The position numbers and the translations under genes were made by a program. Positions 13,501-25,500 of a DNA stretch of 64,000 nt are shown here, one piece after another. The notes beneath the pieces were generated by a model, which was not told the DNA's origin, ran no database searches, and saw only the letters and a program-made list of their open reading frames with translations. Origin of the DNA: Somniosus microcephalus (Eukaryota); contig CM126205.1 in assembly GCA_052327205.1 (NCBI GenBank), positions 241,800,001-241,864,000 of the forward strand, written 5' to 3'. Within the stretch, counting starts at the first letter, position 1; each line of letters opens with the position of its first letter.

Positions 13501-16500
13501 AGACAAGCTGTTCCAATACAGCTACAACACTGGCATCTATCCGACAATGTGGAAAACTGCCCAGGTATGTCCTGTCCACAAAAAGCTGGACAAATCCAAC
13601 CCAGCCAATTAACGCCCCATCAGTCTACTCTCAATCATCAGCAGGGTGATGGAAGGTGTCATCGACAGTGCTATCAAGCGGCACTTACTCACCAATAACC
13701 TGCTCACTGATGCCCAGTTTGGGTTCCGTCAAGACCACTCAGCTCCCGACCTCATTACAGCCTTGGTCCAAACATGGACAAAGGAGCTGAATTCCAGAGG
13801 TGGGGAGAGAGTGACTGCCCTTGACATCAAGGCAGCATTTGACCAACTTTGGCATCAAGGAACCCTAGTAAAACTGAAGTCAATGGAAATCAGGGGGAAA
13901 ATGCTCCACTGGCTGGAGTCATACCTAGCACAAAGGACGATGGTTGTGGTGATTGAAGGCCAATCATCACAGCCCCAGGACATCGCTGCAGGAGTTCCTC
14001 AGGGCAGTGTCCTGGGCCCAACCATCTTCAGCTGCTCACCTCCTGATTCCCCAAAGTCTTTCCACCATCTACAAGGCACAAGTAAGGAGTGTGATGGAAT
14101 ACTCTCCACTTTCCTGGATGAGTGCAGCTGCAACAACACTCAAGAAGCTCGACACCATCCAGGACAAAGCAGCCCGCTTGATTGGCACCCCATCCACCAC
14201 CTTAAACATTCACTCCCTCCACCACTGGTGTACTGTGGCTGCAGTGTGTACCATCTACAAGATGCACTGCAGCAACTCACCAAGGCTTCTTCGGCAGCAT
14301 CTCCCAAACCCGCGACCTCTTCGACCTAGAAGGACAAGGGCAGCAGGCACATGGGAACACCACCACCTCCAAGTTCCCCTCCAAGTCACACACCATCCTG
14401 ACTTAGAAGTATATCGCCGATCCTTCATTGTCGCTGGGTCAAAATCCTGGAACTCCCTCCCTAACAGCACTGTGGGAGTACCTTCACCACACGGATTGCA
14501 GCGGTTCAAGAAGGCAGCTCACCACCACCTTCTCAAGGGCAACTAGGGATGGGTAATAAATGTTGGCCTTGCCAACGATGCCCACATCCCATAAGCGAAT
14601 AAAAAAAAATTGAGAACTTTAGAGGAGAGGATGGGAGTGTGGACATGGTGCAGTAATTTGAGCAGAATCAAGTTTAGGTTTTTAAAGTAAATGGTGATGG
14701 ATAAATTTTGTTTTGAGTCTATAACATTTGTGACCTCGTACTTGCTGCTGACTGGGGAAAATGTGCTAAGAATATTAGTATTGTTATTTTTTTTTAATAT
14801 TCTCATATGGTTTTAATTTTTGTCACTACAGGTTACTGGTCTGAAAAAAGGAGTGAAATATTATTATAGGGTATCTGCTGAAAATGCAGCAGGTGTATCA
14901 GATCCAGCTGATGCTCTTGGCCCACTAACAGCTGATGATCCCCACGGTAATGGATGTTCTATTCTGAACAAAAATATATCAAAGGCTGTGAAATTGAGTT
15001 TTTTTTTAACTACTATAATTTGTATAACCTTTCAAGTCTAATTACACTTTCTCTTTTAGTGGCTCCTTCCTTTGATTTGAGAGCATTCAAAGATGGTCTT
15101 GAGGTCATTGTTCCAGAGCCGCTTAAGATTCGCATTCCTATCTCTGGCTACCCTATACCTACGGTAAAATGGGCTGTTGACGAAAAACCTCTTGAAAGCA
15201 ATGATCGTGTGAAGATGGAAACAACTGTTGCATATACACAGCTGGTCATTTCTCCAAGTGAACGTCCTGATAAGGGACTATATCAACTGACACTGGAAAA
15301 TACAGTGTCATCTGTCACAGGAGAAATCAATGTCAATGTAATTGGTAAGTATCTGAATATTTTCAGAAAACATTTTTATTTAATCCTTTCAAGATGATTC
15401 TACAATCGCTTGCATTTATGTATCATCTTTAACATTGAAAACCTCCCAAGACACTACAGAGGAGGAAGAAAATAAATACATTATAGAGACACATGCAGAG
15501 CCTTCAACATGAAAGTTAGGAGAAGTAACTGAAAACTTAATTGAAGGGATGGGTTTTGCGAAGGTTTTTAAAGATGGCAGAAAAAGCGGTGAGTCGAAGA
15601 GATTTATGGAAGGCATTCCAGAGGGTAGGGCCAAACCACCTGAAGGTGCTCCAAGCAATAGTAGACTAAAGGGAAGGGGAGACATAAAAGACTAGAGTCA
15701 GATGACTGAACGATGGGGAAAGGGTTATAAGCCTGGAAGAAGTTGCAGAGTTAGGATGTGCAAAGCTGTGGAGGAATTTGAAAAAGGGGATAATTATTTT
15801 AAATTCAATGGGGGAAAAATTCAGTTGGCTTGCGCCTCTCATTAGTGCCCACGCTAATGGGGCGCAAAGCAACTAGTGCCCGGGCGTGGCGATGTTTGCG
15901 CCACTCGCGAAATTGACTAGAGTTTTTGTGGCAGCGCAAAAGTTTACCGCCCCGATCTGCTGCGCCCGGAGATTGTGACGTCAGTCGAGCGTGCAATGCC
16001 CTGTTGGCGCCCCGGACCGGATATTGATTGGCGCCCCCCTCCTTTCCGTCTGGCGCAAGCAACGACAGGGAGACTGGAACGTTTCCCAGTCGGTGAGGGG
16101 CTGGGGGGGCGCTATTTAAAGGCGGCCTCTTCCTGGCTTTTTCTGTGGTAGACATTTTTGCACCACTCATTCTGACAGAGAGAGAGATTCAAGGCTCCAA
16201 TGAGCAGGGTGTGGCTGGAGAGCAAGATCGACCCTCCCCTTTAAGAACTGGCCAGCGCCAGTGTGTGTGTGTTCCACCGCTAACTGACATCACCTGCGCT
16301 GCGCCCGCGCTCTGAGTTAGCACCTCGCTCCTCAGTGTTAACGCCTTAAGAGAGGTGTGTAGCGCCTGATTTAGCGCTCCAATCACCTCCAGGGGCGATA
16401 GAAGCCAAGTTTGCAGTCGGAGGCGATAAACTCTTGCGCCCGACCGATAATTGCGCCCCAAACGGGGCGATACTGAATTTCTCTCCCAATGTGTTAGGGA

Positions 16501-19500
16501 ATCAATATAGGTTAACGTGGCTGTGGATGATGGAGGAGCAGAATTGAGTGCTGGACAGGTGTGCTGAAATGGCTAAGTTTTGAACAAGTTAGAGTTTATA
16601 GAGGACGAGAGATGGCAAAGTGACAAAAAGAGGATAATGGAAAAAGTGAATCTAGAGCTGACAACACTATGGCTAAGGGTTTCAACAATGGTAAGATAGA
16701 CATGGAGGTAGGTGATGTTGAAGATGTAGAATTAAGTGACCTTGGTAACGTAAGAGTGGAACGCAGTTTGAAGCTCAGCTCCTGGTCAAATGAGATACCA
16801 TGGTTTTGCACAGCCTAAATGAATGGCTAGGGTAGTGGAAGGAGTCAGTAACAAGGAACATAGTTTATGGCATGGCCAAAATGATTAAATATTTAATTCT
16901 TTATTGTTTTACCTTCTCAGCACGCCCAAGTGCACCAAAAGACATTAAAGTGTCAGAAATCGGTAGAAATACAGTACATTTGATGTGGGAGCTACCAGAT
17001 AATGATGGCGGAAGTCCATTGACTGGATATCTAATTGAAAAGCGTGAAGTTAACCGCAAGACTTGGGTCAAAGTAAGTCTTAAACCATACTAATCTCAAA
17101 TTTACATTTGATATACACCCACAATTATCAAACTAGTGGTTCAAAATTCAAATGATTTTGTAAGTTATCAGCTCACAGACTGTGATACTGAAGGAAACAA
17201 ACAAGTATAGAGCTATTCCGATGTCAATCGTAGCTCCATTATTGTTATATCAACTATATACAACTAAATATAGAGGTCAATCCTATGTCAGTGCCTTTCT
17301 GCATAGTAAGTCTTCAGTGTAGATTTAAGCATTTGTATTAGAATTCTTAAGCAGAATTTTCAGTTTTATTTCTAAATCCTTATGTTGTCTTTCTCCTCTC
17401 AAATCCTCTTCAAAGCACTTTTGGAACACTCATTTCCCTGGCACTGCAGAGAGAAAAAGAGGGCAGATATGTCAGGTCTATGCCCCTTTAAACTTGTCTT
17501 GGGCTTTCAGGGGTTCTTCACACAGGCAACACTGGGCCTATACCTACTGCCGTCACAGGACCAGGTTAGCCATGGAAATGAGGTGGAAGGATGTGTTTCC
17601 AGTCCACCTGCCTCACTTTCTTTTCCGTGTGTCAGAAGAGTGCCTGAAAAAGCTGGCTTGGGATCCCACCCAAATTAAAGGGTTTGAGGGGATCAGGCAG
17701 CAAGGCACGTGAGGTCAGAAGAGGAATGTCCTATCTTTTACTGCCTCCCACTAGATCTTTGGCCTGGAGCCCTTCTGGTGGCTGTTCACCAGTGGCCTCT
17801 CCAGTGGTCAGTACTAGACCTGTAGCTATTCAATCTATTATAGTTTATCTAAGGTGGAAAAAATTGGGATTTGGCTGTGTTTAAAGGAAGAGGCTGCAGT
17901 GTGTTTACAAGTGTTTTTGCTTATTAAAGTTGAGGCATTGTCATATTCTGTGCTTTCTAGGTTATTGAGGGAGTGCAAGACTTAGAATTTACTGTCCCTG
18001 ACCTCTTCCAAGGAAGAGACTACCTATTTAAAATTTCAGCCTGTAACAAATGTGGCCCAGGCGAACCTGCATTTATTGATGAACCTGTTAATGTATCTGC
18101 ACCAGCAAGTAAGTATTTAGCTTTGTTAATCCTTTATATTGAATCTTAGGATATTTCCTTTGTAAATAAAGCCAAATAGATCTATTTTGTTTCTCTTTAA
18201 ATGTATGTAGCACAGTTCCCCTTTCAATATGTTTCATAGCATTCTTTTACTCACCTGCTAAAATATATAATAATAGTAAATGAATAAGGACACAAATAGC
18301 ATTGCAAGCCAAGATCTTTCTTAAAATGTTTTAGCAAGCAGTTTTGTAGATCAGCTCTAACGGCTATTAATTTAATTTAAGCTGAATATGTTTCCTCAAC
18401 CACTCCCTTAATCTTGCTATACTGATTAATCATTCAAAAGAAAGTTATGATACTTCATATTATTATGTTTCAATGTATTTACACAGCAAATGAATCTTTA
18501 AGTAGTATTAGATCTATTGAATATTTGTATCTTGCATATTGAGAAAATTATTTGTAGTTTCAAAAGTATATCCCTATGAAGAGAAACTGTTTCTAAAAGT
18601 AGATGGAAAGAGAAGGGAACAGAGCTAATTTTAGTGGCTGGTATGCTTCATCTGTGCCCAATTCATTAAGTATTTAAAAGGGGAAGAGGAAGGGCACGTT
18701 CCTGGTCTATGGGTGTGCTGGATGCCAAGTCCACAGGAAACCAGGCAGGAAGGTTAACTCAGGACAGACTTTCAGTTGGGAGGACTTTTAAAAGGCTCAC
18801 AGACTTTAAAGTGCACTCTGTCCTTTTCTGAGCCTTACTTATAGTTTTTCTTATGTTTCTTTTTCATCTGGCACTTGAACGTTTGTGCCAGTATTTTTGC
18901 TCTCACTCCCATTACAGGCACCAAAAGGTTTTCCCAAAAGAAATCCTCTATGCTGAGGCTACCAATCATTTCTACAGACCCTGACACCATACCTGGGAAT
19001 GACATGCGTACCTGTATTCTCAGCATTAAGTCAGTAGAGCGGCAAATGCAGAGCTGTTTCATCTGCTGCAAGGACACCTGCAGCATAGTACTGGCACATG
19101 CAGGAACAGTAATGGTCAGCTGAAACTTGGCTGCACCTCCTTGCAGGCATGCTGCAGTTTAGATCTATTGAAATGGTATCATGGATTGGTACAGCGGACC
19201 ACCCTTTTCATGAGCACCTCATGTAGCGCCACCTTGACTTCAACAACCATCAAACAAGGGATTGAGCGCTGGGCTGTGCCTTCACTTTCCTGCAGGCACA
19301 AAATTGCACCTGAGGCTCCCTTTCCCTTTATTTGCCTACCACTTTTTCGTCCCCTGCTCCTTCAGTCTTGGCAAAGGCTGCGAACAAGTTTAGACTCTTT
19401 TGAGGCTCTGTAAAAGCTTTCAGCTTTTTTGACCAGGGTTCTCCTTTGTGATCCCACTCAAAATCGGGAAGTACAAGTGTTGAGACCTACTGCTGCCTCA

Positions 19501-22500
19501 CTGCCCACGCAGAATGTACCTCCCCATTGCCCTTGTAAAGACTGCTACTGGCCTTTCCTTTCCTGTTTCCATGTAAATAGAGGTAGAAGGAAGCACCTGA
19601 GACCCCCATTGATTTCCCTCCAGTCCACCTCGGTTACTGTCACTTTCCGGGACCACTATGGGGAAGGTACCAGCAACAACCACAGGTTCCTCAGTGCAGG
19701 AAGAGGGTCTTCTAGCAGACTCCTCTCCTTCCATTTTGGTCCCCATTTACCTTCTTGTGTGGGTCTCAGTCTCTGCTGAGGCCTACCAGGATGCCAATGT
19801 TCTGATCCTCGAGGTGCTTCTGCCCTTTTAACGGTCTCTCTTACTGCATTGGAAATTCCGCCATGGGCCTGCCATACCCTGACTCAAGAAATTGGATCGG
19901 GGTTCTGGTGGTGATGATGGATGGAACGGAAATCACACCCCACCAGAACACTGACACTGTGAGGACAATCCTGGTCTTTATCTTCCTTATTGTGACTCGC
20001 CCCTTTAATCATTCCAATCTCTACAAATTTCAGTAAATCATTATTCAGAGAATTGAATGCTGTCTCCATTTGACTGTTTAAGCCGTACTAGCACCAGTTA
20101 TAAACTGACTTAGACTTGAAGATGAAAATTAGGCTCAAGTATGTTTAATTAGTTCTTATGAAACTTTTGAACTGAAGATTTTAATTTGTAATTCTGTACT
20201 TTACAGCTGTTCCAGATCCACCAGAAAATGTCAAATGGAGGAATCCATCTGCCAAAGGAATCTTCCTTACATGGGAACCACCAAAATATGATGGAGGCAC
20301 AAGAATTAAAGGATATTTAGTAGAAAAGTGTCAACGCACTGCTGAAAAGTGGGAGATATGTGGAGAGCCAGTTAATGAATTAAAGTAAGTTTATATATCT
20401 AATTTCCTAATATTTACTATGTTTGAAATAATACAAAAGAATTGCTAAAACTGGTTATTATGTTAAACAGGATGGAAGTGACTGACCTGAAAGAAGGGGA
20501 ATGGTATTCATACCGTGTTAAAGCTTTGAACAGACAAGGTGCCAGCAAACCAAGTAAACCCACAGATGATGTACAAGCAATCGATCCAAAAGGTACGTTG
20601 TTACTAACTAATATCAAAGCATTTTTCCAAAACTCATCATTTACTAAGCCCAAGCTTTATTAATACATTTCAATCCTATTAATAAATGCAGACAGATTTA
20701 TCTCACAAATATCCACATTGTATTAAATATTGTCACTGTTGCTAGTTCAATTACTCTGGAAGAAAATAGAATATATTATGTGAGGAAGAATAGTTGACTG
20801 TGTTACTCAGTAACCTACTGAAATTAACAATGTTACAGCTGAGATATATTGATAAATTTAGTGAGGTTATGCAACTAGCACCGAGCCTTACTGATACTCC
20901 TAATTTCCCAATTCATTCATATTGGTGATTGGGAACTTGGAAAGGACACGAATCAGGCGTGCAGTTTTCCACGTCTGATTCTCGTATCGACAATCCGTCG
21001 AGTGAGGCTCCATAGTGGGAGCATGGCTTTACTGAATCTAACCTATAATTTCCTTTTAAAATACATAACTTTTGGACTAAATTAATAACATATTTTCTTT
21101 GTTTACAACAGAGGTTCCAGAGATTCGTCTTGATGTTAAACTGCTGGCTGGCATTACTGTGAGGGCTGGAACAAAGGTTGAGCTCCCAGCTTTTATCTCT
21201 GGCAAACCTGATCCGAGAATTACTTGGACAAAAGCTGAATACCTACTGAAGCCTAACAACAGACTAACTATTGACACAAAACCTAATCATTCCACTGTGA
21301 CAATCTTGGATACCACAAGGAGTGACACTGGCACCTACATTATTGAAGCAGTAAACACCAGTGGTCGTGCCACTGCTGTTGTTGAAGTCAATATTCTAGG
21401 TAGTTCAAATATTAAAATGCTATTTATAAACTTATATATAATATTGAGATAAATAAATTGTCTCAAACAAGTGCTGACCATTTCTTTTGTTTACAGACAA
21501 ACCTGGACCACCAGCTGCATTTGATATCACTGATATTACAAATGAAACCTGCAGCTTGACATGGAATCCACCTAGAGATGACGGTGGTTCACGTATTACA
21601 AATTATATCGTGGAATGTAAGGCTGGAACTAGTGAAATATGGAACAAACTCTCATCTACTATCAAAGAAACAAAATTCAAGGCAACAAATCTTACAGCAT
21701 TGAAAGAATATACATTCAGAGTTAGTGCTGAAAACATGTATGGTATTGGAGAGCCATCTCAGCATGCTCCAATTATAGCTAAATATGCTTTTGGTAAGGA
21801 AAAATATGATTTAGTATATTATAATTGTAACATTTGTTGCATAATTTGTACATAATATGCCATTTAGATTTTTAAAAACCATGGAAATATGATTGTATAT
21901 TAGATCCACCTGGTCCTCCAACACGTCTGCAAGGTTCAGACATTGCTAAGGATTCACTGACATTGACATGGTATGAACCAGATGAAGATGGTGGCAGCCC
22001 AATCATTGGATATTTTATTGAAAGATTTGATCCAGACACTGATAAATGGATTAGATGCAACAAGATACCTGTCAAAGACGCAAGTTTCAGGTATTTATGA
22101 CAATGATAATTTATACATGACCAAATTTTGAAAAGCTCAGCAATAAGTCAAGATAACTCTGACATCCTTAATCATGATTTGTTTAGAGTTAGTTGATCTC
22201 TCTTGGCATTCCTCATGGGCGAAACGTTAAAAAACACTCTCTTCCTGTAATGGTCTTTTGTTTGTTTCATACTCTTAAACTCTCTCTCGCCATTCTGATA
22301 CACACTCATTGATGTATCTATGGTCCTTATTTTAAAGGGCAGGGTGGGTACGATGCATGCAAGCCTTGAAGTGGGTGGCACAACTGGGGAGTCCAGGGAC
22401 CCGGGCCCAATCTTAACAGCCGGGCCTCATTACCATGGACGGATAGGCCTGTGGCACTAGGCCGCACACAACAGGGAGGGAGGGATTGCGGGGGGGGGGC

Positions 22501-25500
22501 TGGTGTTGGCTGGAGGAACACGGGGGGGACGGGTGTTGCTAAGAATCGGGGGGGTGCAAGGAACATCGGGGGGTTGCAAGGATCATCGGGGGGTTGCAAG
22601 GATCATCGGGGGGTGCAAGGATCATCAGGGGGTGCAAGGATCATCGGGGGCCGGGTGCAAGGGTCATCGGGGGCCGGGTGCAAGGGTCGTCGGTGGCCGG
22701 GTGCAAAGATCATCGGGGCCGGGTGCAAGGATCATGGGGGGCCGGGTGCAAGGGTCATCGGGGGCTGGGTGCAAGGGTCATCGGGGGCCGGGTGCAAGGG
22801 TCATCAGGGGGTGCAAGGATCATCGGGGGCCGGGTGCAAGGGTCATCGGAGGCCGGGTGCAAGGGTCATCATGGGGTGCAAGGATTATCGGGGGCCGGGT
22901 GCAAAGATCATCGGGGGCCAGGTGCAAAGATCATCGGGGACCGGGTGCAAAGATCATCGGGGACCGGGTGCAAAGATCATCGGGGACCGGGTGCAAAGAT
23001 CATCGGGGACCGGGTGCAAAGATCATCGGGGACCGGGTGCAAAGATCATCGAGGGCCGGGTGCAAAGATCATCGGGGGCCGGGTGCAAAGATCATCGGGG
23101 GCTGGGTGCAAGGAACATCGGGGGGTGCAAGGATCATCGGGGGGTGCAAGGATCACCGGGGGCCGGGTGCCGGGTGCAAGGATCATCGGGGGCCGGGTGC
23201 AAGGATCATTGGGGGCCGGGTGCAAGGGTCATCGGGGGCCGGGTGCAAGGGTCATCGGGGGCCGGGTGCAAGGGTCATCGGGGGCCAGGTGCAAGGGCTA
23301 TCGGGGGCCGGGTGCAAGGGTCATTGGGGGCCGGGTGCAAGGATCATCGGGGGGGTGCAAGGATCATTGGGGGCCGGGTGCAAGGGTCATCGGGGGCCGG
23401 GTGCAAGGGTCATCAGGGGGTGCAAGGATCATCGGGGGCCGGGTGGTGGCTGCAGGAGCAAGGTGGTTTCCTAGAAGTAAAGGGAATTAAGGGTTACAGG
23501 GAGCGGGCAGGAATTTGGACATGAGTCTAGGTTCGGATCGGTCATGGCCCTGTGGATAGCGGAGCGGGCCCAGGGGCCGTGTAGCCTGATCCTGCTCCTA
23601 TTTCGTGTGTCTAATTCTGTTAGATTCAGGAGATGGTTCTGTGATAGTGGATTGGCGGTTAGGATCAGATCAGCCATGATCTTATTGAATGGCGGAGCAG
23701 GCTCGAGGGGCCGATTGGCCTACTCCTGCTCCTATTTCTTATGTTCTTATGAGGATTGTGGGGCGATGTGATTGCTGATAGCTACGAACAGTTAATCAAT
23801 CAGCAAGTACAAAAATGATCCTGTCATGGTCACTACAGACACAAAAAAATTAGAAAGATGCATTGCATAATAATGAATATGTGCACATACATGTTTTGCA
23901 ACCAACAGAGTGAAAGGACTTACTCCAAAGAAGAAGTACAAGTTCCGTGTTCTGGCAGAGAATCTAGCTGGTACTGGCAATCCTAGTAACGAAACAGACC
24001 CAATCCTGGCAAAGGATCCTATCGGTATGTGTACAATTGTCTTATCAAATGAAATTTCGTAACAGTTTATATATTAGGGTAAATTTTGCTCGACCCTGCA
24101 CCACCAGTAGGATCTTGCATACAGCCAGCAAATATCAGAAAACATCACCTGCAATTTTCCAATATCTGCTGGCTGTGTGCAAGGCACCATCTGTGCTGCA
24201 AGGCCTCACAGAATTGACCATATTGTGTTTACCTAAGAATTGACCAATATTTTTAATGTAAATTAATTTATAGACCCACCATGGCCTCCTGGAAAGCCTA
24301 ATGTTAAAGATGTCAGGAAGACTTCAGCTTTCTTAAATTGGAATAAACCAGAACATGATGGAGGGGCAAAGATTGAGTCTTATGTTGTTGAGTTGCTGAA
24401 GAGTGGAACAGAGGACTGGGTTAGAGTGGCTGAAGGCATTCCTATGACTGAATACTTCCTCAAAGGGCTTATGGAAAAACAAGAATACTCATTCCGCATT
24501 AAAGCTGTTAATAAAGCTGGTGAAAGTGAACCTAGTGAACCCAGTGATCCTGTGCTGTGCAAGGAGAGATTGAGTAAGTTACATTCAACTTATACACCAC
24601 ATGTGTTACTTAGCAAATTTAAATGATCACAATCAATACCAAAAGTCATGAGTTTTTAAATATGAGAATTGTTTTCTTCCCCACAGATCCTCCTTCACCT
24701 CCACGTTGGCTTGAAGTTGTTAATATCACAAAGAATGCTGCTGATCTTAAATGGACACTACCAGAAAAGGATGGTGGCTCTCCAATTACAAACTATATTG
24801 TGGAAAAAAGAGATGTAAGACGAAAGGGCTGGCAGACTGTTGACACAACAGTAAAAGACACCAAGTCCACAGTTACACCTCTTTCAGAAGGTTCACTGTA
24901 TGTATTTCGGGTTGCTGCAGAAAACGCAGTTGGACAGAGTGAATACTGTGAACTGGAAGACTCAGTACTTGCTAAAGATACCTTCAGTAAGTTCTTTTGT
25001 GGATATTGTTATGTCTCTAGTCCCAGTGTATAATTATTTGCTTCTTTGGATTCTTTTTATCTCACATATATATTTTGATTTCTCTCCAGCAACCCCTGGA
25101 CCACCTTATGCTCTTACAGTCGTTGATGTAACCAAGAGACATGTTGAACTGAAATGGGAGGCTCCCAAAAATGACGGTGGACGACCAATACAGAGGTCAT
25201 TTTAGTCCTTTTTTTTATTTAGTGCACTTTCTTACCATCACAGTGGATGTTCTTTTATAATGTTACTATATATATTTACTAATGCATGATACTGAATGTT
25301 TACATAGGTATGTAATTGAAAAGAAAGAGAAATTAGGAACTCGCTGGGTTAAAGCTGGCAAGACTGCAGGACCAGAATGCAATTATAGAGTCACTGATGT
25401 AATTGAGGGCACTGAAGTACAATTCCAAGTCCGTGCTGAAAATGAAGCTGGCTGTGGGCATCCAAGTGAACCAACTGATATGCTTACAATTGAAGATCCA

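Noticed and set aside
22205-22230. GCGAAACGTT, resembling the 3' half of a hammerhead
   Set aside because: No CTGANGA-like core or convincing stem I/II upstream.
22545-23445. Possible CRISPR-like array
   Set aside because: Units are contiguous with no unique spacers, the context is a vertebrate intron, and there are no cas genes.
22451-23524. Three long Gly-rich ORFs (357, 323 and 298 aa)
   Set aside because: Artefacts of a stop-free 23-bp minisatellite. All three frames give permutations of the same repeat, and there is no gene structure.
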